This document shows, piece by piece, positions 16,829-26,100 of a stretch of 35,847 nt of DNA. Origin of the DNA: a virus (Duplodnaviria; Caudoviricetes); IMG/VR virus record IMGVR_UViG_3300037423_000420, positions 1 through 35,847 of that record; one strand, given 5' to 3'. How positions within the stretch are numbered: the stretch's first letter is position 1; each line of letters starts with the position of its first letter. Made by a program: the position numbers and the translations under genes. The notes below the pieces were generated by a model. That model did no database searches and was not told where the DNA came from. It saw only the letters and a list, made by a program, of their open reading frames with translations.

Positions 16829-17314
16829 TTACGCGCCTTCCTTGGCAGTGCGGGTGCGCTTGGCGGGTGCTACCGGCGCCGCTGCGGAGTCGCCAGTTGC
16901 CGCGCCCTCGGCGGTTGCCGAAGCGGTGCCGGTTTCGCCAGCAGTTTCGCCAGTTCCGGCGGTCGTGCTCGCGCGCTGGGCTTCGAAGTCGGCGCGGTCG
17001 CGCGCCAGGGCCTCGATCTGCTCGTCCAGCGCAGCGCGGTCGGCATCCAGCTGGGCACGCGCGGCGGCCAGGCGGGTCTCTTCGGCCTGCACATGGGCGG
17101 TGAACTCGTCCACGGCTTCGCCGAGGCTCTGGCGGCGCTCGGCGTCTTCGGCGGTGTCGAGGTTCACGCCCGGGATAGCGGCAGCGGCGAAGGTCGGTGC
17201 GGCGCTCGCCGGCGGCAGGAAGTCTTCCGGCGCTTCGGCCAGCTGGTCGGCGTTCGCCACCACAATCTGCGCGTGCGGGTTGCTGCGGTGGGTCAGGATC
17301 ATCGGGAATTTCAT
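16829..17314 (-). CDS. Hypothetical protein (coiled coil, low-complexity tail)
   Basis: GGAG RBS before the ATG at 17314; fits the operon. Confidence 0.65.
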   Translation of the reverse strand: MKFPMILTHRSNPHAQIVVANADQLAEAPEDFLPPASAAPTFAAAAIPGVNLDTAEDAERRQSLGEAVDEFTAHVQAEETRLAAARAQLDADRAALDEQIEALARDRADFEAQRASTTAGTGETAGETGTASATAEGAATGDSAAAPVAPAKRTRTAKEGA

Positions 17315-17327
17315 CTGCTGGAGCTCC

Positions 17328-17365
17328 AAAAAAAATGCCCGGCGCACCGCTGGGGCGGGCCGGGC
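17328..17365 (-). terminator. Intrinsic terminator after the head decoration gene
   Basis: GCCCGGC...GCCGGGC stem followed by A then T8 on the minus strand. Confidence 0.75.
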
Positions 17366-17384
17366 TGGGGTTACGGGAAGAGGA

Positions 17385-17780
17385 TCAGCCCAGGACCAGG
17401 CCCGGCTGCGGGATGACCGACCAGTCGACCAGCACCTTCGCGGTTGCATTGGCGTTGCCGTACAGGGTCACCTGGCCGTCGGCAGGCACGATGCGATCGA
17501 TGCGCAGCAGGGTGCCGTCGGCAGCGGCCTGGGCCACGGTCGCGAACACCTTGCTGGCGGCGCTGATCTTGTCGCTGGTGATGACCACCGACGACTGGCC
17601 GGCAGCGATCGCCACGGTGCCGGCGGCGACATTGGCGGTCACGGCGCCGGCGGCGACGCTGGCCTTGGTCGATGCGCTGGCGATGCCTTGCGCAATCAGG
17701 GCGTCTTCCAGCTGCTTCGGCAGGGTGACGATGGAGCCGGCCGCGTGGCCGGAATATGCACGGTTCAGGAGAACGGACAT
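17385..17780 (-). CDS. Probable capsid decoration / accessory protein
   Basis: 131 aa, beta-rich, immediately downstream of coat, AAGGA RBS. Confidence 0.6.
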   Translation of the reverse strand: MSVLLNRAYSGHAAGSIVTLPKQLEDALIAQGIASASTKASVAAGAVTANVAAGTVAIAAGQSSVVITSDKISAASKVFATVAQAAADGTLLRIDRIVPADGQVTLYGNANATAKVLVDWSVIPQPGLVLG

Positions 17781-17854
17781 TGCAGGGTTCCTTCAGGGAA
17801 TAAGGTGGGTGTTTGATGGGGCTGCGCGCCCCATCACGTGGTTGCTGGCGCCGA

Positions 17855-19069
17855 TCAGGTGTAGAACTTGGTCGACAGTTCCGGATAGGTCGCGGCCCAG
17901 CCGAACAGCACGTCCAGACGCATCACGCTGGCGTCGTTGGTGCCGTCGTAGAACTCGGTGACCTTGATCGTGAAGCCGTCGCTGGTCTCCTGGTGCACGC
18001 CGATCACGCCCTTGCCGTTCTCCGGTGCCCACATCGGGACCATCGCCAAGGTGAAGGCGTCCTTGTGATAAGCCACGTTGCACTGGTAGCTGGTCGATGC
18101 GGCGCCGACGATCAGGAAGTTCTGGGCGTCGGTCGGCGAGGCGGTCACGTTCTGGAATGCGCCCGAGGTGACCAAGGCCGGCGAGACCGGGATGACGGTG
18201 GCGCCGGCGGCCAGGTCAGCGGTCACGACGAACTGGGCCAGGTCGCCGGTCGACTGGCGCGACTGCGGGTTCACCGCGTACACGCCCGGCCAGGTGATGA
18301 CCGTGCCGCGGGTGATCGTGCCGGTCAGCGCCTGTACGGTGATGTTCGAGCCCTGCTGGTTCGCACCGTTGACGGCGGTACCGGCGACGTTCTGGGTGCC
18401 GTTGGTGTGGGTGTCGACGTTCTGGTCCATGCCGAAATTCAGGCCAAACGACGGCACCAGGATGCCGTTGTTGTTCTGCTTTCCGATGGTCTGCTGGCTG
18501 TTGAACATGCCTGCCATGCCCTTGACCATCGCGCCGTTCAGCTTCGGGGCACTGATCAGGGTGCGCTGGCCCATGATGCGCGGGGCGGCCATGTTGTCCA
18601 GGCGGGTACCGATGTCGGTGGCGGCGCCGACGGCCAGATCCTGCGTGCCCGGCAGTGCGCCAGTCGGGTTCAGGGTGTTGAAGGTCGAGTAGTGCGCCAG
18701 CTGCAGGCCCTGGCGGTCGATCTCGTTGGCCACCGGTGCGATAGCCGCGGCGATCTTCTCTTCCAGCTTGGTCAGCGACAGGGTGCGCTCGAGGCTGGAG
18801 AACTGCAGGTCGCAACCGCCCTGCGACAGGGTCAGCGGCACGGTCTGCTCGACGGTGCCCTGCGGGACGGCGACGCGGCCGGCACGGTACTGGTAGCGCG
18901 GCGGCTTCTTGATGTTGATGGTCTGGCCCGGGGCGTAGCCGCGGTTCATGTTGCCTTTGAACTCGTCTTCCCAGTCGCGGTTGACGTTGGCCGAGAAGGA
19001 CAGCATGTTTTTCAGGATCGCCAGCGATTCTTTCGCGACGACGTTGGTGGTTGCAAGTACGTTGGACAT
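17855..19069 (-). CDS. Major capsid protein (P22 coat family)
   Basis: 404 aa; GQTINIKKPPRY, NVAYHKDAFTLA, RLDVLFGWA; GAGGA RBS. Confidence 0.93.
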   Translation of the reverse strand: MSNVLATTNVVAKESLAILKNMLSFSANVNRDWEDEFKGNMNRGYAPGQTINIKKPPRYQYRAGRVAVPQGTVEQTVPLTLSQGGCDLQFSSLERTLSLTKLEEKIAAAIAPVANEIDRQGLQLAHYSTFNTLNPTGALPGTQDLAVGAATDIGTRLDNMAAPRIMGQRTLISAPKLNGAMVKGMAGMFNSQQTIGKQNNNGILVPSFGLNFGMDQNVDTHTNGTQNVAGTAVNGANQQGSNITVQALTGTITRGTVITWPGVYAVNPQSRQSTGDLAQFVVTADLAAGATVIPVSPALVTSGAFQNVTASPTDAQNFLIVGAASTSYQCNVAYHKDAFTLAMVPMWAPENGKGVIGVHQETSDGFTIKVTEFYDGTNDASVMRLDVLFGWAATYPELSTKFYT

Positions 19070-19099
19070 GGTTCTGGGTTCCTCAGTGGAAGGGGTGGA

Positions 19100-20053
19100 T
19101 TAGCGGATGTAGCGGGAGCCCTGCTGACGGCGCCATGCCTCGTACTGCTCCTGAGTCATGGTGCTGGGGTCCGTGCTGGGCGGCGCAGCTGCGGCTTGCG
19201 ACTCGGTCGCGGCCGGCGGCGGCGCATTGGTGGTGCGTGCAGCAGGTGCAGCTGCGGCTGCAGGCGCCGAGGCCGTGGTTGCCTTGCCGGCCGCCGAGGC
19301 TTCCATGGCGCCAAGGGCCATGTACATCTGCGGAGTTGGCAGGCTGGCGATGCGTTGGGCTTCGGCCGGGTTCTTCGCCAGCTCGTACACGAGCTCGGGG
19401 CCGTGGGCGCTCGCCTTCAGCGCCGCCAGCATGTCGTGCGTGATCTGGATGTCGGCCTTTCCTACGACGTCCACGAAGTCCGGAATGCGTGCAGCTGCTT
19501 CCTTGGCACGTTCGTTGTAGGCGGCATCGATGGTTCCCTCGGCGTCCTGCTGGTACTGCTCTGCGGCCTGCTTGGCGTTGGCGGCGGCCTGCTGGCGCGC
19601 GCGTTCATCGATGCGGTGATCGAGAAGCGCAGCTTGGTATTCCTCGTCCGTGGCGAATTCGTGAGCCTGGGGCGCGGGGGTGGCCTTCTGGTTCCCTTCC
19701 GCGATAGCGCGCCAGCGTGCCGCCTCACGTTCGGCGGAGTGGCGCGCATGTGTCAGCTCATCGATGCGCTTCTGGATCTTGGACTTGAACCGGCCAGCCT
19801 CGTCGCGGTCTGCTTCGGTGCTGGCGGGGTTCTGGTTGCCGTCGTTCTGGCCCTGCTGCGTGCCCTGCTCGCCGTTCTGGCCGGCCGCGGAGGAATCGGT
19901 ACCGGGATTTTGCTGGCCCTGCCCTGCAGCACCGTCCTGGCCGCTGGCCGGCGGCGTAGTCGTGGTGGTGGTCTGCGTGGTCTGGGCCGGCTGCCCGGCG
20001 GGCGCGGTGGTCGTCGTTGCTGCTGGGGCGTTGGTGTCGATTTGCATGGTCAT
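19100..20053 (-). CDS. Scaffolding protein
   Basis: Between portal and coat; disordered N-terminus, IQKRIDELT coiled coil, GPELVYELAKNP, C-terminal helix MTQEQYEAWRR. Confidence 0.85.
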   Translation of the reverse strand: MTMQIDTNAPAATTTTAPAGQPAQTTQTTTTTTPPASGQDGAAGQGQQNPGTDSSAAGQNGEQGTQQGQNDGNQNPASTEADRDEAGRFKSKIQKRIDELTHARHSAEREAARWRAIAEGNQKATPAPQAHEFATDEEYQAALLDHRIDERARQQAAANAKQAAEQYQQDAEGTIDAAYNERAKEAAARIPDFVDVVGKADIQITHDMLAALKASAHGPELVYELAKNPAEAQRIASLPTPQMYMALGAMEASAAGKATTASAPAAAAAPAARTTNAPPPAATESQAAAAPPSTDPSTMTQEQYEAWRRQQGSRYIR

Positions 20054-20075
20054 CCCAAGAATTTAGAACCCGGAA

Positions 20076-22208
20076 TCACTCCGGTTGGGCCAGGGTTTGC
20101 GCCGGTTCCGCTGCTTGGCTGGCAGCGGGGCGGGATTCTTCGGTTTGCATGGCGGCGGTGGCGAGGGCGCCAGGAACAGGCAGGCGCTGCAGCAGCAGCT
20201 GCACCATGCCGGTCAGCTCGGCGACGTCGGCGCGGCCCTGCGCGTTGATGCGGGCGACCTCTTCGCGGCTTTCCGCTTCCAGTCGGGCCTTTTCCAGCGC
20301 GGCCTGATGGCCAGCCTGCGCCTCGGCGAGTTGCTGTTGCAGCTGCTCGATGAACTGGTCGGCTTTCTGGATGTGCTGTTCGATTTCCGGCGGCAGCGGC
20401 GGCGGGCCGGCGTCCTGGCCGTCCTCGCCTTCCTTGTCGGCTTGCTTGATCTCGCCCGGGATGCCGGCGGCGAGCCGGCGCGCGATCGCTTCGGCGCCCG
20501 GCCAGTCCATGTTTTCGACCACCTTGTCGCCAGCGACGTCCAGCAGCTTCGGCCACTTGCTACCCAGCTCGATCATCGAGGCCTGGGCCTCCTCGCGCTG
20601 GGTGGCGTAGCCTGGGCCAGCGTCGAAAGTGACGCCGTAGCGGCCGATCGTGACGTCGTTCAGCACCGCCTGGACCTGCTGCAGCGGGTTCACGACCGGC
20701 TGGCCGTCCTTGTCAACGGGCTGGCCGGCCTCGTTCACGGCCGGCTGGTTGATCGGCATGGATTCCACCTGGCCGTTTTCGCGCATGATCTCGACCACGC
20801 GCGCGGCGTCGTAGTAGTGCGGGATCATGTCGACCAGGCAGCGGCCGCAATGGCGAATCGAGCGGTGCAGGTTGTCGATGAAGTGGAAGTTGGCGACATC
20901 GCCCTGGCGCTGCTGCTGGCGCTCCTGCACTCCGCTGGTCGCATTGCCGCGCGCGCCCAGGCTGGAGTCGAACAGGCCGGTGACGGCCTTGATGTTGTCT
21001 GCGGCGTGCAGGGCCATCTGCAGCATGCCCGCCGGGACATCAGCCATGGGCGAGCGCTGCGGCGGCGGCGCCAGCACGCCGTCGACGGAGACAGGCTTGT
21101 ATTCGAGGAATGCGAAGCTCTTGCTGTTGGCCTGGGCCCACTTCTTTTCGTGCCCCTCGAACTGGCCTTCGGCGCCGATGAACGGCGTCTTCGGGCGCAG
21201 GCTGACCTCTTCGGTCGCGCTGGTCATCCAGAAGTTGTACATCTGGGCCGGGTCCTTGGCGTCGCGGATGATGCCCTTGCGGATCACCTTGCCCTGAATG
21301 TCCAGCTCTTCGCCCCAGACTGGGAAGACCGGGATCCACTGGCACATGATGTCCGTGCGCTCGAGCACGGCGCCGGCGCAGGCCTTGACCCACTTCAGCT
21401 GCGGGATGAGGGTCTGGCGCTTGTTCTGGACGACGGTGCCGGCCGGCGGCTCGGTCGTGGTGGTCGTGCCGTCGCCCAGCAGGTACAGCGTCGCGGTCTT
21501 GTAGTCGAAGTAGTAAAACTCGACCACGCGCACCATGCTTTCGGTCATCCAGCCGGGCTGGATCTGGTTGCCCAGCGTGTTCACGGTCGACTGACAGGCG
21601 GCCAGCTTGCCCGGGTACTTGCGGTCGAACTCGGCGCGCGGCACGTCCAGCACGATCGCGCAGCGCTTCGCGTCCGAACCATCGCCCTGCACGCTGGCCG
21701 GGTCAAAGTAGACCTTCAGGGCGTCGCGGATGCGCTCGTACTTGATGACCTGGTTGAAGCTGGTCGGGCTCTCGTAGTCGGTGACCAGGCGCCAGAAGCC
21801 GAAGCCGATGGCGGCCGCGCTGTTCACGGCGGTGTCGTAGGCGGTGTCGGCGTTGCTGCTGTTCTCGATCTGGCGAATCATGCCCTGGTAGATCTCGGCG
21901 CCCTTGTCGTCGGCGCCGTGGCCGACCGGGTGCACCTTGATGCCCACCTTGTTCTGCCGCTGGTCGTTGGTGACCTGGTGCAGGTAGGTCGGCAGGCGGT
22001 TGAACGTCAGGCATGGGCGCCCTTCGAGCTGGCGCATGCGCTTGATCTCGTCCGGCCACTGGTCACCAGCCAGGAATTTCAGGTCGGCGACGGCGTCGGC
22101 GCGGTTCGCGCTCTCGGCCTTGATGGCCATGTCGGTGAACTCGCGGATTTCCTTCAGCAGGCTGTCGTCGCCTGATGCGCCGGCGGCGCCGTCGTTACGC
22201 GTGCTCAT
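20076..22208 (-). CDS. Portal protein (P22-like)
   Basis: 710 aa; DLKFLAGDQW, RPCLTFNRL, GIIRDAKDPAQMYN, GPGYATQREEA. Confidence 0.93.
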   Translation of the reverse strand: MSTRNDGAAGASGDDSLLKEIREFTDMAIKAESANRADAVADLKFLAGDQWPDEIKRMRQLEGRPCLTFNRLPTYLHQVTNDQRQNKVGIKVHPVGHGADDKGAEIYQGMIRQIENSSNADTAYDTAVNSAAAIGFGFWRLVTDYESPTSFNQVIKYERIRDALKVYFDPASVQGDGSDAKRCAIVLDVPRAEFDRKYPGKLAACQSTVNTLGNQIQPGWMTESMVRVVEFYYFDYKTATLYLLGDGTTTTTEPPAGTVVQNKRQTLIPQLKWVKACAGAVLERTDIMCQWIPVFPVWGEELDIQGKVIRKGIIRDAKDPAQMYNFWMTSATEEVSLRPKTPFIGAEGQFEGHEKKWAQANSKSFAFLEYKPVSVDGVLAPPPQRSPMADVPAGMLQMALHAADNIKAVTGLFDSSLGARGNATSGVQERQQQRQGDVANFHFIDNLHRSIRHCGRCLVDMIPHYYDAARVVEIMRENGQVESMPINQPAVNEAGQPVDKDGQPVVNPLQQVQAVLNDVTIGRYGVTFDAGPGYATQREEAQASMIELGSKWPKLLDVAGDKVVENMDWPGAEAIARRLAAGIPGEIKQADKEGEDGQDAGPPPLPPEIEQHIQKADQFIEQLQQQLAEAQAGHQAALEKARLEAESREEVARINAQGRADVAELTGMVQLLLQRLPVPGALATAAMQTEESRPAASQAAEPAQTLAQPE

Positions 22209-22557
22209 GTGCGGCTGCCCATTGTTGCGCCACGGTGCGCGGCAGGCGCACCAGGATGGTCGGCGAGAGCTGCAACGGCATGAAGCCGAAGCTGCGCTCG
22301 TACCAGGCGCCCAGCTGCTCGGCGGTAGGGCCGTCGATGCCGAACGGTTCAGGGGCGATCAGCAGCAACATGCCGTTCTGGTCGGCCTGATCGCAGACCT
22401 CGCGCATCAGCGCGCTGGCGTAGCCCTTGCGGCGTGACCAGCGGTCGGTGCGCAGGCTGGTGATCTCCAGCACGCGGCCGCGCTCGGCGGGCGGGACGAT
22501 GCCCGAGTAGCTGAGGTCGAGGCTTGCATGGCCCATAACGATGTGGCCGGGCTTCAT
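22195..22557 (-). CDS. GNAT-like N-acetyltransferase
   Basis: Acetyl-CoA motif RRKGYASALM and WYERSFGF; ATGA overlap with terL stop. Confidence 0.7.
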   Translation of the reverse strand: MKPGHIVMGHASLDLSYSGIVPPAERGRVLEITSLRTDRWSRRKGYASALMREVCDQADQNGMLLLIAPEPFGIDGPTAEQLGAWYERSFGFMPLQLSPTILVRLPRTVAQQWAAAHEHA

Positions 22558-23927
22558 CCCATCCATCCGCCTTCTCCTTGGTAGTTGTCTTCGGCGACGG
22601 CTTCCGTCGCCTTCTTGGCGGGCTTGACGAGCGCGGGGAACAGCTCGGCCAGGGCCCAGATATGCGCGTCAGCGCGGTTCGGTGATCGCGGGCCGGTGTA
22701 GCCCGATGTGGAAAAGGCGCACAGCTCGTCTTCGAGCTTGGCGAAGACGCCGACGTGGCGCACCTTCCCTTGTTCGTACAGCACGCTGAAGGGCTCGGCG
22801 CGCTGCGCTTTGCCGCGGCTGGCAGTGACCATCTTGAAGTTCACACGGCTGCCGGCCTTCAGGGCCGCGGCCTGCACGACGAACTTGACCATGCCGCCGC
22901 CGAAGTTCGACTCGCCGATGATGGCGTCGGCGTTGTGCCGCTGGTAGGCCTGTACGGCGACGCTGCCCCAGGTCGTGGGGCCGCCCTTCACGGTCAGGTC
23001 TTCGAGCAGATAGGCGTTGCCATCGGTGCCCAGGCCTTCGACGGTGATGCCGACTTCGTCGTTGTCCGCGTTCTGCTCGTCGTCGCTGGCGCCGCTCGGG
23101 TCGATCGAGACGACCACGCGCACCAGGGCGGGCACGTGCTCGCTGTCGGCGCGCCACTTGTCGATTTCCGCTTCATCGAACAGAGCGTTCGGGGTGGCCT
23201 CGGCGAACTCGCCGCGCAGGAAGCGGCGCTTCATACGCTCGGATAGGCCTTCCAGGGTCGCCAGGTACTCGGGCGAGAGGTTCGCCGCGTTGTCCGTCGG
23301 GTTCATCTGGAAGCTGTCGTAGTTCTCCGGCTTGGCCAGCGGCGCCTTCGTCTCCGGATCCAGCTTTTGCTTGAAGACCTTGAAGGTCCAGTGCATCTTG
23401 CTGGGCGGGTTGCAGTCGAACAGGAAGCGCAGCTTCAGGGGCTGCTCGACGCCGTTGATGATCTGCATGCAGCGCTGCGCCAGGCGGGTCAGCAGGATCT
23501 GGACGCCGGCCCAGGCGATCTGCGACGCCTCGTTCACGTAGATGGTGCAGAACTCCATGCCCAGCACCTTCTCCATGCGGTCCTTATCGTCCAGGCCCAG
23601 GAACCAGATCACGGCGTCGCCCGGCAGCTTGGCGTAGCCGTCGCTCATGTTCACGTCCCAGTCGCGGCCCTTCTCCAGCTGCGGGAAGCACACGCGCATC
23701 ACCTTCGGGAAGGTGTCGAGCATGATCGAGGCCTTCAGGTGGTTGAAGCGCGAACGCACGATCAGGTGGCGCGAGCCCGGAGCCTTCAGCGCGCGGGTGA
23801 CGATGTTCCGGATGATCAGGAAGGTCTTGCCAGAGCGGCCGCCGCCGAACAGCATCAACCAGGTGGCCATGCTACCCAGCACGGCCTGGGCCAGCTTCTG
23901 GCGCTCGGTGGGGTTGAAGCCGCTCAT
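22554..23927 (-). CDS. terL: Terminase large subunit
   Basis: Walker A GGGRSGKT, Walker B IYVNEASQ, DCNP, nuclease SIDPS...NRADA. Confidence 0.95.
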   Translation of the reverse strand: MSGFNPTERQKLAQAVLGSMATWLMLFGGGRSGKTFLIIRNIVTRALKAPGSRHLIVRSRFNHLKASIMLDTFPKVMRVCFPQLEKGRDWDVNMSDGYAKLPGDAVIWFLGLDDKDRMEKVLGMEFCTIYVNEASQIAWAGVQILLTRLAQRCMQIINGVEQPLKLRFLFDCNPPSKMHWTFKVFKQKLDPETKAPLAKPENYDSFQMNPTDNAANLSPEYLATLEGLSERMKRRFLRGEFAEATPNALFDEAEIDKWRADSEHVPALVRVVVSIDPSGASDDEQNADNDEVGITVEGLGTDGNAYLLEDLTVKGGPTTWGSVAVQAYQRHNADAIIGESNFGGGMVKFVVQAAALKAGSRVNFKMVTASRGKAQRAEPFSVLYEQGKVRHVGVFAKLEDELCAFSTSGYTGPRSPNRADAHIWALAELFPALVKPAKKATEAVAEDNYQGEGGWMG

Positions 23928-24313
23928 AGGTCGACGTCTGAAGCGGCGAAGATGACCTGCAGGGCGCCGCCGCCTTCGCCGGTCAGCTGCAGCTGGTTGC
24001 CGTACTTGCGGGGCTTCATGCGCTGGGCCTGCTCGACGCGGGCGTTGATGCGCAGCTTGGCCTTCCGGATTGAGGCGGTGTCGGCCTTGCAGTTGTCGGC
24101 GATGTCTACGATCTCGTCCACGAAGGTGTCGACGCGCTCGTCGGTGGCCTTCTCGTACAGCTTCACGAACTCCGGGAACTCAGCCAGCCAGCGGAAAATG
24201 GTGGCCTTGCTGGGCATGCCGGGCTTTTTGCAGACCGACCGCAGCGATCCACCGTCAGCGATGGCGGCGCAGAACTTGGCGGCCAGCTCGGTCGTGTAGG
24301 TGGTGTTTGACAT
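23924..24313 (-). CDS. terS: Terminase small subunit (Sf6 gp1-like)
   Basis: GSLRSVCKKPGMPSKATIFRWL..FPEF, KPRKYG; upstream of terL. Confidence 0.88.
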   Translation of the reverse strand: MSNTTYTTELAAKFCAAIADGGSLRSVCKKPGMPSKATIFRWLAEFPEFVKLYEKATDERVDTFVDEIVDIADNCKADTASIRKAKLRINARVEQAQRMKPRKYGNQLQLTGEGGGALQVIFAASDVDL

Positions 24314-24324
24314 GGTATTCAGGC

Positions 24325-24356
24325 AAAAAAATAGGCCCGGCTGGTGAGGCCGGGCC
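24325..24356 (-). terminator. Second late-leader intrinsic terminator
   Basis: GGCCCGGC/GCCGGGCC stem followed by TATTTTTTT. Confidence 0.8.
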
Positions 24357-24443
24357 CGTAACGCCCTGGTCGATCAGCAGGGCGAGGAGACACTGGAAAT
24401 TGGTGCCGGTGCTGTTCCCGGCCGTCAAACGTCAATCCAAAGC

Positions 24444-24477
24444 AAAAAGCCCCGCGTCATCGCTGACAGCGGGGCTT
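24444..24477 (-). terminator. tR'-like intrinsic terminator in the late leader
   Basis: AAGCCCCGC...GCGGGGCTTTTT. Confidence 0.8.
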
Positions 24478-24557
24478 CTCAGGTCCTTCGGGCGTGGCTC
24501 TGGCTCCCAGCGGGAACCAGAACGCGTCTTGAGGGACGGAAATAAGTTGTTGGCCGG

Positions 24558-24586
24558 AATTTACTGCTGAGCTTTCCGGCTGTCAA
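24558..24586 (-). promoter_or_regulatory. Late promoter (PR'-like)
   Basis: TTGACA-17 bp-TAAATT on the minus strand, upstream of two terminators and terS. Confidence 0.8.
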
Positions 24587-24593
24587 GAAATTT

Positions 24594-25025
24594 CTAGATG
24601 GAACGTTGTTTGTGTATCTCGGCGGCTGCACGCGTGACGGCGCGCCGGGCTGCTGCTGCCGGGTTATCGATGGTCGGTTCGGACCAGTTACCGTCCGCGA
24701 ACACTACCGAATCCCCTTCCCAATCGATGTCGATGCGAAGCGCTGCGGCCAGATTCAGCATGTCGTCGCTGTGCACCAGCGAGTTCCAGGCGTAGACCAC
24801 CGAACCGTCAGCGAAGTGCAGGTTGACCCAGTTTTCGCCCTCCACGTCCTCTACCTTCACGGCACCGATCGCGCGCGCGGCCAGCTCGAGCAGCTGGCGG
24901 TCGGCCTCGGGAATGGCCTTGCGGGGCGGCGCCGGCAGCTGGTCCTGGTCGGCGTCGCCCTCATCCGGGTAGAACTGGCCTTCGAACCATTCACCACGCT
25001 GGATTTTGTTGTCGTCCGTGCTCAC
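24594..25025 (-). CDS. Hypothetical protein
   Basis: GTGA overlap with upstream stop, GGAAGG RBS; C-terminal ARRAVTRAAAEI. Confidence 0.65.
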   Translation of the reverse strand: MSTDDNKIQRGEWFEGQFYPDEGDADQDQLPAPPRKAIPEADRQLLELAARAIGAVKVEDVEGENWVNLHFADGSVVYAWNSLVHSDDMLNLAAALRIDIDWEGDSVVFADGNWSEPTIDNPAAAARRAVTRAAAEIHKQRSI

Positions 25026-25399
25026 TGCTGCCCTTCCGTGTTTTTCTCGACCATGGATTCTATCGCGGCCTGGGCTTCGCGGAACCGCAGAACGAACTCC
25101 CGCACCGGGAAGGAGCACTTGCGGGCGACGACCTCGGGCCGGGCCTGCTGGATGTAGCACCAGTTCAGCAGCAGGCGCTGCGCGATCGAGATACGAGGCA
25201 TAGCCAGCTGGATTCGGGCGGCGTCCTTGGCGTCGATGCCCTCGCCCACCTGGTGGCCGGACCAGACATCACCGAGCGCCGAGCGCCGCATGCTCTCGCA
25301 GATCGCGCCGGTCATGCAGTCGGCGCCGCGGCTCCCGCGCGCCGTGCACCACCGCGCCCAGTTCTCCAGGCGCACACCGATGTCGCGGCGTTCCGTCAA
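25022..25399 (-). CDS. Probable late antiterminator (Q-like)
   Basis: RLENWARW N-terminus and sigma-r4-like C-terminal HTH; upstream of late promoter; TTG start with GGAGG RBS. Confidence 0.65.
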   Translation of the reverse strand: MTERRDIGVRLENWARWCTARGSRGADCMTGAICESMRRSALGDVWSGHQVGEGIDAKDAARIQLAMPRISIAQRLLLNWCYIQQARPEVVARKCSFPVREFVLRFREAQAAIESMVEKNTEGQQ

Positions 25400-25575
25400 G
25401 CGGCCTCCCTCACGCCGTACGCTGCCGCCAGCAGCATCACCATGAAGACCATTCCAAGCGCCCAGCCGATGCATACGGCCTGCAGGCTGGTGAGGCGCAA
25501 GCGGTCGACCACGGCGCGCGCACCGTACACGCCGGCCAGGGTGGCCACGATGCCGAAGGCTGCGCCGATCATCAT
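25396..25575 (-). CDS. Small two-TM membrane protein
   Basis: ATGA overlap, GGAGG RBS, two hydrophobic segments. Confidence 0.6.
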   Translation of the reverse strand: MMIGAAFGIVATLAGVYGARAVVDRLRLTSLQAVCIGWALGMVFMVMLLAAAYGVREAA

Positions 25576-26042
25576 GCGGCCTCCGGCAGCTGCTCGCGCA
25601 CGCGGGCCAGCGACAGGATCGCCAGTGCGTCGGCCTCGTTGTTGTCCTTCGGGCGGAAGCCCTTGGCGCGGGCCGCCTCGACCATGGCCAGCTTGTCCGC
25701 GTTGCCGGCGCCAGTCCAGTGCTTTTTGACCTGGCCGACGCCCACCGGACGCAGCGGCACGTTGTTCGCCGCGCACCACATCTCGAGGCAGGCGAGGAAG
25801 CCGCCGTAGATGTGCGCCGCCAGCGTGCCGGCGTGGTTCTTCACGTCCTCGTAGTAGACCGCGTGGATCTCGCCGGCCTGCAGGCGCTGCTCGGCCAGGA
25901 AGGCGCGGAACTTCAGCCAGCGCTGGCCGGCCGCTTCCATGCGGCGCACGGCAAAGGATTCGCTGCCGCTGGCCACGGTGCCGTCGCGCGAGCTGCGCGC
26001 CCAGCCGGTGGTGGTGCCGATGTCGATGGCGAGGATGTTCAT
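25572..26042 (-). CDS. RuvC-like Holliday junction resolvase
   Basis: ILAIDIGTTTGW, YYEDV, VKKHWTGAGNADK, DNNEADALAI. Confidence 0.85.
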   Translation of the reverse strand: MNILAIDIGTTTGWARSSRDGTVASGSESFAVRRMEAAGQRWLKFRAFLAEQRLQAGEIHAVYYEDVKNHAGTLAAHIYGGFLACLEMWCAANNVPLRPVGVGQVKKHWTGAGNADKLAMVEAARAKGFRPKDNNEADALAILSLARVREQLPEAA

Positions 26043-26100
26043 GGGTGGGTTCTCCTTGTCGTTGTTGTTGCCGCCCGGGCTGGCCGGGCGGGTGGTGCTG

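Noticed and set aside
19820-20040. Thr/Gln/Gly low-complexity repeats
   Set aside because: Ordinary disordered N-terminus of a scaffolding protein.
8047-24299. Many long + strand ORFs (e.g. 8047-10101, 17813-20248, 20085-22175)
   Set aside because: Antisense shadows of high-GC structural genes on the minus strand; no motifs or RBS, biased composition.
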